A stretch of DNA of 62,290 nucleotides, counting the filler. It is 8 parts of 8 records of this genome, joined end to end, with 100 filler letters (N's around TTAATTAATTAA, not from the genome) between each part and the next. Parts side by side here need not be neighbours in the genome. Positions count along the whole stretch, not along the records: positions 13,642 to 23,388 come from SRR20825014_175; positions 23,489 to 32,213 come from SRR20825014_178; 6 more parts are not named here. One strand, given 5' to 3'. Positions within the stretch are counted from its first letter, which is position 1, and each line of letters begins with the position of its first letter. Positions 19,259 through 28,325 of the stretch are shown one piece after another. A program made the translations under genes and the position numbers. The notes under the pieces were generated by a model that was given only the letters and a program-made list of their open reading frames with translations, did not search any database and was not told the origin of the DNA.

Positions 19259-19780
19259 CTAGAAGTCGAACCCCATCTGGTTCACTTCGGACGATTTGGC
19301 CAAACGAGTGGATTTGTCGGCCTTCTGCGCGAAGAGCGGCGGTTCGATCACTCCATCATCCGGCATCTCAACCGGTTCAGACCTTTTGGCCTTTGGTCTG
19401 CGGGGTGTCGCCGTTTTTTCGGGTTTGGGGCCCGTAACAGGCTCGGCCACACTGGGCACGCTTACGGGCGCTGCTATTTCCTCCGCCGGCCCTGCCTCGG
19501 CCTCCCGCAATGTGATCGCATTGAGCCACTTCACGGCGCCGGCCAGTTTGCCCGCCTTGAGCGTGTAGAGGTTCTCGCGCCCTTTTTTGACCTCGACCAC
19601 CAGGCCGGCAGTCTTGAGAACACGCAAATGACGGGATATGGCCGGGCGGCTGATCGAGAACGCGTCCGCCAGCGTGTGCACGGGAACAGGGCCTGCAGTC
19701 AGGATTTCCACGATGCGGCAACGCGATGCGTCGGCCAATGCGGAATAGACAGCAATAGGGGGCTTTGAGCGTCTGGTCAT
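19259..19780 (-). CDS. ArsR/SmtB family HTH regulator with a long disordered C-terminal tail
   Basis: ALADASRCRIVEIL...ISRPAISRHLRVLKTAGLVVEVKKGRENLYTL, followed by a Pro/Ala/Lys-rich tail ending QMGFDF. Confidence 0.85.
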   Translation of the reverse strand: MTRRSKPPIAVYSALADASRCRIVEILTAGPVPVHTLADAFSISRPAISRHLRVLKTAGLVVEVKKGRENLYTLKAGKLAGAVKWLNAITLREAEAGPAEEIAAPVSVPSVAEPVTGPKPEKTATPRRPKAKRSEPVEMPDDGVIEPPLFAQKADKSTRLAKSSEVNQMGFDF

Positions 19781-19944
19781 GCGGACGGTTAAAGTAACGG
19801 CGACGTTACCCGTCAAGCCCGCCCGGGCACGGGCAAGGGATTGTTCACCAGGAATCTTTGTCGTCACTCACATTTGCCGCAAGTTTTCGGCCCCGGAAAG
19901 AGATTGGTCACACCCCCGCCACACGATGAAGGCAAGGAGGACGG

Positions 19945-20634
19945 ATGATGACCAAAGCCGCCTATGCCCAAGCCAGAATTGGCATGCGCCTGCGACGGGC
20001 CTATTCCAGGGCCGAACTTGTCGTGGATGCGATCGTCCACATCCTTGGCCTCGTGGTTGCGGTGGCCGCAGGTTCCGTTCTACTGGCCCTGGCGCTGCTG
20101 CAAACGGCCCCTGAGGCCTTCCCGGCCCTGGCCGTCTATGTCGCGACCCTTGTGGTGGTGCTGGGCATATCGCTGGCTTTCAACCTCTGGCCCAATACCC
20201 CGGCCAAGAACTATCTGGCCCGGCTCGATCAGGCGGCGATTTTCCTGTTCATCGCCGGCTCGTACACGCCGTTTCTCGCCGTTCTCGGGGGTACACCGAG
20301 TGGCGTGGTGATGATGAGCCTGGTGTGGGGCGCCTCACTGGTTGGCGTGGCCCTCAAGCTGATTGTGCCGGAACGGTTCGGGCGGGTGGCAATCCTGCTC
20401 TATCTGGCGATCGGCTGGAGCGGCGTGCTGGTGTTCCAGTCGCTCGGACAGGCCCTGCCCTCCTCCACATTGTGGCTGTTGCTGGCGGGCGGGGTGACCT
20501 ATTCGGCCGGCATCATCTTCCACTTGTGGGAAAAGCTGAAATTCCAGAATGCCCTGTGGCACGTATTCGTGGTGGCCGGGGCGAGCCTGCATCTCTGGGC
20601 AGTCATCGACTGCATGGTTATTGCGCGGCTGTGA
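19945..20634 (+). CDS. Hemolysin III / TrhA (PAQR) family membrane protein
   Basis: Motifs RLDQAAIFLFIAGSYTPF, LYLAIGW and NALWHVFVV; seven TM segments. Confidence 0.9.
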   Translation: MMTKAAYAQARIGMRLRRAYSRAELVVDAIVHILGLVVAVAAGSVLLALALLQTAPEAFPALAVYVATLVVVLGISLAFNLWPNTPAKNYLARLDQAAIFLFIAGSYTPFLAVLGGTPSGVVMMSLVWGASLVGVALKLIVPERFGRVAILLYLAIGWSGVLVFQSLGQALPSSTLWLLLAGGVTYSAGIIFHLWEKLKFQNALWHVFVVAGASLHLWAVIDCMVIARL

Positions 20635-21106
20635 TCCGCGGGTGCTCAACCGTATCACCTGCCACTATACCCAGATCGTCCGAACGCCCGCCGGGGATTT
20701 CCAGCACGAATTGAACCGGACCGTCTGAGGGAATTGATGTGGTGTCGTGCGGACGCGCATTGACGTGGATGTTAAGGATGCTGCCGTCCGCTTCGATAAA
20801 CAGCATATCAAGCGGAATATAGGTATTGCGCATCCAGAATGAGACCGGACGCTCTTCCCGGAAATCGAACAGCATGCCCGCATCGTCCGCCAATTCCTGA
20901 CGATACATCAGGCCCTGCGCGCGGGTTTCTGGTGTGTCGACGACCTCCACGGTGAAGGGGTGATTGCCGCCCTTGGAGTGCACAACCAGCTTGGTTTCAT
21001 CGCTGCATGCCGCGAGTGGCAGGCTGATCAGAATGGCCGATGCGAGCGCCGCAACGGCCCGCAGCGGTTGGGAGACCCGTTGGGTCGAAATCGGCGAGCT
21101 GTTCAT
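20618..21106 (-). CDS. DUF192 domain protein, probable lipoprotein
   Basis: Motifs RAQGLMYR, GMLFDF, FWMRNTYIPLDMLF and VLEIPGG; LAAC lipobox. Confidence 0.9.
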   Translation of the reverse strand: MNSSPISTQRVSQPLRAVAALASAILISLPLAACSDETKLVVHSKGGNHPFTVEVVDTPETRAQGLMYRQELADDAGMLFDFREERPVSFWMRNTYIPLDMLFIEADGSILNIHVNARPHDTTSIPSDGPVQFVLEIPGGRSDDLGIVAGDTVEHPRITAAQ

Positions 21107-21145
21107 TTTCGGGCAGTTTATCCCTGCTGTGCGACTATCAGGTCC

Positions 21146-21766
21146 CTAGTGCGAGGACGGCGCCTCGCCCCAGCCATCGGGCCGGATTTCGGCAACCATC
21201 AGGCCCTTGGGCCCCTGACCATAACGCACCAACACAAATTGTCCCGGACGCAATTCCGTGATGCCGAAGCGGCGCAGGGTCTCCATATGGACGAAGATGT
21301 CCGGAGTGCCGTCTCCGGCAGACAGGAAACCAAATCCACGAATACGGTTGAACCACTTCACTTCCAGCCGCACCATGCCCGAGGTCGCCTCGACCACCAC
21401 ATGGGTCCGGGGCGCGGGCATCTGCGATGGATGGCGCGCGGTGGACTCGTCCATGGAGACAACCCGGAAGGCCTGCAGGCCACCGGGGCGGTTCAGGGCC
21501 TCAACGACGATGCGCGCACCCTCGTAGGCGGTCTGGAATCCATCGCGGCGCAGGCATGTGACGTGCAGCAGCACATCGGCCATGCCATTGTCGGGAACAA
21601 TAAACCCAAAACCCTTGCCGGCATCGAACCACTTGATCGTGCCCGCAACCTCGATGGTGTCGCTGGCTGCCTGATGGTCGCCCTGCATATGGTCGTCACG
21701 CAAAGATTCGCCCGACTGTGTCAGGTTGATGGCGTCACGGCCCTCGCCACTGCCTTTGGCCCCCAT
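21146..21766 (-). CDS. Tandem two-domain cold-shock protein; start uncertain
   Basis: Two CSDs: [13 protein letters not shown]...DVLLH and [13 protein letters not shown]...DIFVH. Confidence 0.9.
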   Translation of the reverse strand: MGAKGSGEGRDAINLTQSGESLRDDHMQGDHQAASDTIEVAGTIKWFDAGKGFGFIVPDNGMADVLLHVTCLRRDGFQTAYEGARIVVEALNRPGGLQAFRVVSMDESTARHPSQMPAPRTHVVVEATSGMVRLEVKWFNRIRGFGFLSAGDGTPDIFVHMETLRRFGITELRPGQFVLVRYGQGPKGLMVAEIRPDGWGEAPSSH

Positions 21767-21956
21767 ATTCCAAACGCCTTTTTCACTCACCCGCAACAAG
21801 CGGGTACTCCTCACTAGATTTGCCTAGTCTCGCCGATTCAGAGGCAAAAGTTAAGAAGGTCTTGCGATTTTGTTGACAGGTGCCTGAGCGTGTTGTTGCG
21901 GGGCATGGTCGGGCTTGGTAGGCCTTGGCCGCAATACACAGCCAAAGGAGACTGCC

Positions 21957-22379
21957 TTGAAGTATCTGCACACGATGGTGCGCGTCACCAATGTCGAGGA
22001 AAGCCTGCGGTTCTATTGCCAGGGCCTGGGCCTCGAAGAGGTGCGGCGCACCGACAATGAGAAGGGCCGCTTTACTCTGATTTTCCTGCGCGCTCCGGGC
22101 GACGAAGGCGGGGAAGTCGAGCTGACCTATAACTGGGATCCCGATCCGGAACCCTATGCCGGCGGCCGAAATTTCGGGCATCTGGCCTATCGGGTGCAGG
22201 ACATCTATGCCCTCTGCCAGCACCTTTCCGACATGGGCGTCACCATCAATCGTCCGCCGCGCGACGGCCACATGGCCTTTGTACGCTCACCCGATGGCAT
22301 TTCAATCGAGCTGATCCAGGACGGTCATCTCGACCCCAAGGAGCCCTGGGCCTCGATGCCCAATACCGGCTCCTGGTAA
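21957..22379 (+). CDS. gloA: VOC family protein / lactoylglutathione lyase (glyoxalase I)
   Basis: Motifs YLHTMVRV, ELTYNWD, GRNFGHLA and RSPDGISIELIQ; AAGGAG RBS before TTG 21957. Confidence 0.85.
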   Translation: MKYLHTMVRVTNVEESLRFYCQGLGLEEVRRTDNEKGRFTLIFLRAPGDEGGEVELTYNWDPDPEPYAGGRNFGHLAYRVQDIYALCQHLSDMGVTINRPPRDGHMAFVRSPDGISIELIQDGHLDPKEPWASMPNTGSW

Positions 22380-22512
22380 CATACTGTCAGTGTTAAGCTT
22401 TCGCTAACCGTGCCGCTTAGCGCGCGGTTAGCGAAACCACTCTAATTTTAGCGACTGAACCCCAATGCCCATTGCCTGTTGCTTAATCGCGACACGCCTC
22501 GGGAAGGTCGCC

Positions 22513-22989
22513 ATGTCTCGTCTGCTTCGTCTCTTCGCCGTTATTTTTGCCACCGCCCTCTTCCTGGCCGGCTGCCTGCCCATGGCCATGTTCGCCAGCG
22601 GCAGCGGTGCGGGTTATTCGGGCCTGAAGCAGGATTGGGGCACCTATGTCAGCTCCAATAATGTCAATGCGCTCTGCATTTCGCCCAAGCTGCGATTCGT
22701 GATCTGGGAGTTCGAAGGGCGGTTCGGCCGCAAGGTGGTTATGAATTCGGGCTATCGGAACCCGTTCCACAATGCCTCAGTGGGCGGCGCCGACAGTTCC
22801 TACCATACCAAATGCATGGCCGCGGACTTCTACATTCCCGGTGTCTCCAAGAAGGAGCTGATCGCTTTCGCCATGACGGTGGACGGCGTTGGCGGCCTGG
22901 GCTGCTATCCGGGCCGGACCTTTATCCATGTCGATGTGCGCGACCGGCCCCGCGGTTATCGGCGCCCGGTGACCTTTTCGGGCTGTTGA
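22513..22989 (+). CDS. Peptidase M15 (YcbK/MepK-like) lipoprotein
   Basis: LAGC lipobox; Zn motifs SGYR...N...GGA..SYH...AAD and FIHVD. Confidence 0.85.
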   Translation: MSRLLRLFAVIFATALFLAGCLPMAMFASGSGAGYSGLKQDWGTYVSSNNVNALCISPKLRFVIWEFEGRFGRKVVMNSGYRNPFHNASVGGADSSYHTKCMAADFYIPGVSKKELIAFAMTVDGVGGLGCYPGRTFIHVDVRDRPRGYRRPVTFSGC

Positions 22990-23036
22990 TAAGTCGGCCC
23001 GAGGGAAAAAAGCGTAAGGGATCAACGCAAACAGGG

Positions 23037-23065
23037 TTGCACAATCAAAAGCACCCCATTATACG
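23037..23065 (+). promoter_or_regulatory. Probable sigma70 promoter of the tRNA-Glu pair
   Basis: TTGCAC-N17-TATACG followed by a GC-rich discriminator, just before the tRNA. Confidence 0.5.
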
Positions 23066-23082
23066 ACGCCCATCGCGCTGAT

Positions 23083-23157
23083 GCGCCCTTCGTCTATCGG
23101 TTAGGACGGCACCCTTTCACGGTGCAGAGAGGGGTTCGATTCCCCTAGGGCGTACCA
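23083..23157 (+). tRNA. tRNA-Glu (TTC)
   Basis: GCGCCCTTCGTCTATCGGTTAGGAC-GGCACC-CTTTCAC-GGTGC...GGTTCGATTCCCCTAGGGCGTACCA. Confidence 0.96.
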
Positions 23158-23204
23158 CCTTCCCCTGCTTAAAAAGCATGTGGCAAGGCCAAAGCGATGA
23201 CCGT

Positions 23205-23279
23205 GCGCCCATCGTCTAGCGGTCAGGACGACGCCCTCTCACGGCGTAAACAGGGGTTCGATTCCCCTTGGGCGTACCA
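23205..23279 (+). tRNA. tRNA-Glu (CTC)
   Basis: GCGCCCATCGTCTAGCGGTCAGGAC-GACGCC-CTCTCAC-GGCGT...GGTTCGATTCCCCTTGGGCGTACCA. Confidence 0.96.
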
Positions 23280-23488
23280 ATTTTTCTTCTCCCTTTTTCG
23301 ACGATCTGGCCGGTATTATAGGTGTTGGCCATGATTTTGTGCCGGCTGGCCTGCTCGACCTCCGGTTGTGCATTGGACGTGTCCCGAGNNNNNNNNNNNN
23401 NNNNNNNNNNNNNNNNNNNNNNNNNNNNNNNNTTAATTAATTAANNNNNNNNNNNNNNNNNNNNNNNNNNNNNNNNNNNNNNNNNNNN

Positions 23489-23995
23489 CGCGACAAGCAG
23501 GTGAACGGCAAGGACTTCACCATCGTCGTGCCGCTCTACAGCCGTCTGATGGCTCAGGGTGCCGGCGCCAACGTGAAGGGGATCTTCGGGTCCACCAACT
23601 GGCACTGGACGCTGAAGGACGAGGCCTCCCAGGCTTTCGTGAAATCCTTCGGGGCCGAATACGGCTTCCCGCCGAGCCAGGCCGCCCACACCTGCTATGT
23701 GCAGACCATCCTCTATGCCGATGCCTGCGAGCGTGCCGGTACCTTCGCGCCGTGCGAAGTCGTCAACGCCCTCGAGGACTTCAAGTTCGACGGCATGGGC
23801 AACGGCCCGACCCACTACCGCGCCGCTGATCACCAGTGCTTCAAGAAAGTGCTGGTCGTGAAGGGTAACGAAAACCCGACATCCCAGTTCGATCTGCTCG
23901 AAGTCGTGCAGGAAGTTCCGGCTGAACAGGTGACGTACGATCCGAATATCCCGCAGTTCGCGGGCGATCTCGGGCCGTGCAACAACGGCGCCTGA
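23489..23995 (+). CDS. Liv-type (HAAT) ABC transporter substrate-binding protein, 5'-partial
   Basis: Motifs FVKSFGAEYGFPPSQAAHTCY and YRAADHQC; upstream of livH/M/G/F-like genes. Confidence 0.88.
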   Translation, partial: RDKQVNGKDFTIVVPLYSRLMAQGAGANVKGIFGSTNWHWTLKDEASQAFVKSFGAEYGFPPSQAAHTCYVQTILYADACERAGTFAPCEVVNALEDFKFDGMGNGPTHYRAADHQCFKKVLVVKGNENPTSQFDLLEVVQEVPAEQVTYDPNIPQFAGDLGPCNNGA

Positions 23996-24010
23996 TCATC
24001 TGAACGCGGA

Positions 24011-24045
24011 TACCGGCCGCCATGAAAATGGCGGCCGGTATTTTC
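24011..24045 (+). terminator. Stem-loop or intrinsic terminator after the SBP gene
   Basis: TACCGGCCGCCAT-GAAA-ATGGCGGCCGGTA followed by TTTTC. Confidence 0.7.
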
Positions 24046-24084
24046 TGGATTACTTAGCGGGGAATCCCGAGCGGGAAACACGGC

Positions 24085-25101
24085 ATGGACGCCATACTTC
24101 TGCAAGTTCTGAACGGATTGGACAAGGGCGGCGCCTATGCGCTTATCGCTCTTGGTCTGACATTGATTTTCGGCACTCTGGGCGTGGTCAATTTCGCCCA
24201 TGGAGCGCTGTTCATGCTCGGGGCCTTCTGCGCCGTCACCCTGCGTGAGCTGCTGACGCTGTCGGTGAAGGTCAAGGACGAGAGCATCACCTTTTTCGAG
24301 GCCTATAAAGAGGTCCCCTATCTCGAGATCTGGTTTGGCGAGACCGGCAGCACGATCATCGATCTTGCCGTGCCGCTGTCGATCCTGTTCGCGATACCGG
24401 TCATGCTGATTATCGGCCTGATCATGGAGCGCGGCCTGATCAAGCATTTCTACAAACGCACCCACGCGGAACAGATCCTCGTCACCTTCGGTCTTGCCAT
24501 CGTGTTGCAGGAAATCGTGAAGGCCTATTTCGGCGCCAACCCGATCCCGCAGCCGGCGCCTGAACTTGTGTCGGGCAGCGCCCCGATAGGCGCGCTTTTT
24601 GGCTTGGGTGACGCGGTTGTCTATCCTTGGTGGCGGCTGATCTATCTTGCCTTCTCCGGGCTGGTGATCGTCGCGGTCTTCTCTTTTCTGCAATTCACCA
24701 CCTTCGGTATGGTGGTCCGGGCCGGCATGGAAGACCGTGAAACCGTCGGTCTGCTCGGCATCAACATCCAGAAGCGGTTCACCATTGTCTTTGGCATCGC
24801 CGCCGTGGTCGCCGGTCTGGCCGGTGTGATGTACACGCCTATCCTGCCGCCGGATTATCACATCGGGATGGACTTCCTGGTGTTGTCTTTTGTCGTGGTC
24901 GTGGTTGGCGGAATGGGATCGCTCGGCGGTGCCGTCGCTGCCGGCTTCCTGCTCGGCATCCTGCAGTCCTTTGCGTCGATGAACGAGGTGAAGAGCATCT
25001 TCCCCGGTATTGACCAGATCATTATCTACCTTGTTGCGGTGGTCATCTTGCTCGTGCGTCCGCGCGGGCTGCTGGGCCGCAAGGGCGTGATGGAGAACTG
25101 A
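24085..25101 (+). CDS. Branched-chain amino acid-type ABC permease (LivH-like)
   Basis: Motifs [31 protein letters not shown] and RPRGLLG. Confidence 0.93.
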   Translation: MDAILLQVLNGLDKGGAYALIALGLTLIFGTLGVVNFAHGALFMLGAFCAVTLRELLTLSVKVKDESITFFEAYKEVPYLEIWFGETGSTIIDLAVPLSILFAIPVMLIIGLIMERGLIKHFYKRTHAEQILVTFGLAIVLQEIVKAYFGANPIPQPAPELVSGSAPIGALFGLGDAVVYPWWRLIYLAFSGLVIVAVFSFLQFTTFGMVVRAGMEDRETVGLLGINIQKRFTIVFGIAAVVAGLAGVMYTPILPPDYHIGMDFLVLSFVVVVVGGMGSLGGAVAAGFLLGILQSFASMNEVKSIFPGIDQIIIYLVAVVILLVRPRGLLGRKGVMEN

Positions 25102-25102
25102 T

Positions 25103-26245
25103 ATGATCGCGCCAACCCCAAGAAACGACCTCATCCTGATCGCACTCTTCACCGTTGCCGTCCTGACAGCGCCGCTCTGGCTCGCGCCGATCGGGGCCGG
25201 CTATCCGGATCTGCTGCAGAAGTTCGCGATTTATGGCCTGTTCGCCATCGGCTTCAACATCCTGTTCGGCATGACCGGGTATCTGTCTTTTGGACACGCA
25301 GCTTTTCTCGGCGTCGGTTCCTATACCGCCGTCTGGTCCTTCAAGCTGCTGACCATGAACGTGCTGCCCGCCGTTATTCTCGCGGTTGGCGTATCGGGTC
25401 TGTTTGCTCTGGCCATTGGTTTCATCAGCCTGCGCCGGACAGGGATCTACTTTTCGATCCTGACCCTGGCGTTCGCACAGATGTCCTACAACATGGCCTA
25501 TTCGGTGCTGACTCCGATCACCAACGGCGAGACCGGCCTGCAGCTGAGCCCGCACGATGCGCGCGTGCTCGATAAGGCCGCCGGGATCGATTACGGCGCA
25601 GCCCTGCCGACCACCGATCTTTTCGGCACCGAGATGACAGGGTATCCGGGCTTCTATTTCTGCGCCGTGATGATGATCATCGGATTCATCATTGCTCTGC
25701 GGATCGCCCGCTCGCCTTTCGGCGCCATGCTGCGGGCCATCAAGTCTAACCAGAACCGGCTCAACTATACGGGCATCAACACCCGGCCCTACGCGCTGGC
25801 AGCCTTCGTCATCTCCGGCATGTATGCCGGACTGGCCGGCTCCCTGCTCGCCGTCACCGACCCGCTTGCCGGGGCGGAGCGCATGCAGTGGACAGCGTCG
25901 GGCGAGGTCGTGCTGATGACCATTCTCGGCGGTGCCGGCACACTCCTGGGCCCGGTCTTCGGGGCCGGCGTGATCAAGTATTTCGAAAACATCTTCAGCG
26001 CCTTCAACCACGATGCGCTGATGGGGATTTTCGATTTCCTGCCGGCCTGGCTGCAGGGCATTGTGGTGTCCGTTTCGGGCCTGTTCGTCGGTGAGGGCTG
26101 GCATCTCACGCTTGGTGCGCTGTTCATGGTCATTGTCATCTTCCTGCCCGGTGGGCTGATGGAAGGGGCTGGCCGTATCGCCAAAATGATGCGCAAGGAT
26201 CAGACCCCTCCGCATTCCTCCGTTTCCACCGCTCCCGGCGAATGA
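25103..26245 (+). CDS. Branched-chain amino acid-type ABC permease (LivM-like)
   Basis: Motifs [31 protein letters not shown] and [11 protein letters not shown]. Confidence 0.93.
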   Translation: MIAPTPRNDLILIALFTVAVLTAPLWLAPIGAGYPDLLQKFAIYGLFAIGFNILFGMTGYLSFGHAAFLGVGSYTAVWSFKLLTMNVLPAVILAVGVSGLFALAIGFISLRRTGIYFSILTLAFAQMSYNMAYSVLTPITNGETGLQLSPHDARVLDKAAGIDYGAALPTTDLFGTEMTGYPGFYFCAVMMIIGFIIALRIARSPFGAMLRAIKSNQNRLNYTGINTRPYALAAFVISGMYAGLAGSLLAVTDPLAGAERMQWTASGEVVLMTILGGAGTLLGPVFGAGVIKYFENIFSAFNHDALMGIFDFLPAWLQGIVVSVSGLFVGEGWHLTLGALFMVIVIFLPGGLMEGAGRIAKMMRKDQTPPHSSVSTAPGE

Positions 26246-26255
26246 GGAGGGCAAG

Positions 26256-27014
26256 ATGAGCAGTATTCTTCAAGTCAGAAACGTCAATAAGAGCTTCGCC
26301 GGTCTCAAGGCCCTCAACAATGTTGAGCTTTCGGTCGAGGAAGGCGCGGTCCATGCGATCATCGGGCCGAACGGTGCCGGCAAGTCTACCTTGCTGAACT
26401 GTTTTGTCGGGCGGCTTACGCCGGACACGGGGACCGTTGATTTCAACGGTATCTCCCTGCTGGGCAAGCAGCCGCACGAGATCAACCAGACCGGTGTTGT
26501 CCGGGTGTTCCAGACTCCGGAAATCTTCGGCGATCTCAGCTTGCTTGAAAATGTCATGATCCCGACGCTCGCGCGGCGGGACGGATCCTTCAAGCTGAAT
26601 GGCTGGAGCCGTGTCGACGGAATTGCCGAGGTACGGGACCGGGCCGAGCAGCTGCTTGGCGATGTCGATCTGCTGGACAAGCGGGAGATGATCGCAAACT
26701 CTCTCTCGCGCGGGGACAAGAGGCGGCTGGAACTGGCCATGTGCCTGGTGCAGGACCCGAAACTTCTGCTCCTTGACGAGCCGACGGCCGGCATGTCCCG
26801 CGCCGACACCAATAAAACCATCGATCTGCTGAAACAGATCGGGGAGCGGGGGATCACCAAAATCGTGATCGAACATGACATGCATGTCGTGTTCTCTCTT
26901 GCCCACAAGATTTCCGTGATGGCCCAGGGCACCGTGATCGCCGAAGGCGCTCCGGAGCAGATCAAGGGTGATCCACGGGTCCAGGAAGCCTATCTCGGGG
27001 GAGCCCATCTATGA
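26256..27014 (+). CDS. ABC ATP-binding protein (LivG-like)
   Basis: Motifs GPNGAGKST, LLLDEPTAG, IEHDM and VQEAYLG. Confidence 0.95.
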   Translation: MSSILQVRNVNKSFAGLKALNNVELSVEEGAVHAIIGPNGAGKSTLLNCFVGRLTPDTGTVDFNGISLLGKQPHEINQTGVVRVFQTPEIFGDLSLLENVMIPTLARRDGSFKLNGWSRVDGIAEVRDRAEQLLGDVDLLDKREMIANSLSRGDKRRLELAMCLVQDPKLLLLDEPTAGMSRADTNKTIDLLKQIGERGITKIVIEHDMHVVFSLAHKISVMAQGTVIAEGAPEQIKGDPRVQEAYLGGAHL

Positions 27015-27799
27015 GCGCCGACACTCTCCTCAAGCAGCCGGACAAAGCGTCGCTGCAAAAGCCGGAAAATCCGATCAAAAATGTCGGAACGCCGCCCGCT
27101 TATTTCTCGTGCTGGGGCATGCAGGCCTATTATGGCGAGAGCTACATCGTCCAGGATGTCAGCTTCAATATCCATGAAGGCGAGATCGTGGCCCTGCTTG
27201 GCCGTAATGGTGCGGGCAAGACCTCGACCCTGCGGACCATTGCCCGCGCGGGCAATCCGCAATTGCAGCACGGCGAAATCTGGCTCGACCACAAACCGCT
27301 ACACCAGATGAAGGATTTCCAGGCGGCCCAGAACGGGGTCGGGCTGGTGCAGGAAGACCGGCGGATCATTCCGGGGCTGACGGTCGAGGAAAATCTGGAA
27401 CTGGCGCAGATCAACGGCCCGAAAGGCTGGGAGATCGAACGCCTGTACGAGCATTTCCCGCGTCTGGCGGAACGCCGCAAGCAGGAGGGCATCACCATGT
27501 CCGGTGGCGAGCAGCAGATGCTGGCTGTCGCCCGTGCCCTTGCCCGGGATATCAAGTTGCTGCTCCTGGATGAGCCTTATGAAGGGCTGGCTCCGGTCAT
27601 CGTTCAGGAGATCGAGAAAATTCTCCAGGAAATCAAAGCCCTGGGGATGACGACCATTATCGTTGAACAGAATGCAGTTGCGGCCCTGAAGCTTGCTGAC
27701 AGGGCCCTGATCCTGGATATGGGTCAGATCGTTTTCGACGGCACCGCGCAAGAAGTGCTGGATGATGAGGCACTCCGTCAGGAGTATCTCGCGATCTGA
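27011..27799 (+). CDS. ABC ATP-binding protein (LivF-like)
   Basis: Motifs GRNGAGKTS, MSGGEQQML, LLLDEP and VEQN. Confidence 0.95.
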   Translation: MSADTLLKQPDKASLQKPENPIKNVGTPPAYFSCWGMQAYYGESYIVQDVSFNIHEGEIVALLGRNGAGKTSTLRTIARAGNPQLQHGEIWLDHKPLHQMKDFQAAQNGVGLVQEDRRIIPGLTVEENLELAQINGPKGWEIERLYEHFPRLAERRKQEGITMSGGEQQMLAVARALARDIKLLLLDEPYEGLAPVIVQEIEKILQEIKALGMTTIIVEQNAVAALKLADRALILDMGQIVFDGTAQEVLDDEALRQEYLAI

Positions 27800-27843
27800 T
27801 TTATCGGGTGCCGTTCATGGACCTCCTGTCTGCGGCATCTCAG

Positions 27844-27872
27844 AGCCCCGCTTTATGCGGGGCTTTTTCTTT
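27844..27872 (+). terminator. Rho-independent terminator of the ABC operon
   Basis: AGCCCCGC-TTTAT-GCGGGGCT followed by TTTTCTTT. Confidence 0.8.
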
Positions 27873-27956
27873 GTCCGCTGTGCGGGATGGGCGCTTGTCC
27901 CGCATGGTCCGTCTGGCCGATGCTGACGGCAATAACCAGATCAAGGGAGAGCAGAG

Positions 27957-28325
27957 ATGGCGGACTCGCATTTTCACAATATCCACGATCTCGATCAGGG
28001 GATTGCCCGCACCCTCGCCGAAGGGCTGACAGCGCGGATTTTTCCCGGTGAGAACCTGATGTTTTCCATCGTGCGCATTGACCCGCACGCCGAAGGATCA
28101 ATGCACAGTCATCCGGAAGAGCAATGGGGCATCATGCTTGAGGGCAGCGGCGTGCGCACCCAGGACGGCGTCGAGCATCATGTGAAGGCCGGCGATTTCT
28201 GGTGTACGCCGGGCAATATCGTGCACGGTCTGAAGGCTGGTCCGGAAGGCTGTTTTGTGATCGACGTCTTCAGCCCGCCACGCGGGGACTACAAGAAAGC
28301 AGGAAGCGGTTACGGTAACGGCTAA
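27957..28325 (+). CDS. Cupin domain protein
   Basis: Motifs HSHPEEQ...LEG, AGD....PGNIVHG and IDVFSPPR.D; GGGAG RBS. Confidence 0.9.
   Translation: MADSHFHNIHDLDQGIARTLAEGLTARIFPGENLMFSIVRIDPHAEGSMHSHPEEQWGIMLEGSGVRTQDGVEHHVKAGDFWCTPGNIVHGLKAGPEGCFVIDVFSPPRGDYKKAGSGYGNG

Noticed and set aside
20618-20634. Convergent 3' overlaps (trhA/DUF192 17 nt; 7254-7257; 28322-28325)
   Set aside because: Short tail-to-tail overlaps are common in compact alphaproteobacterial genomes.
18319-23388. Integrated element at tRNA-Arg or tRNA-Glu
   Set aside because: I saw no integrase or duplicated tRNA 3' end (att) in this contig. The two tRNA-Glu genes are both complete and have different anticodons.
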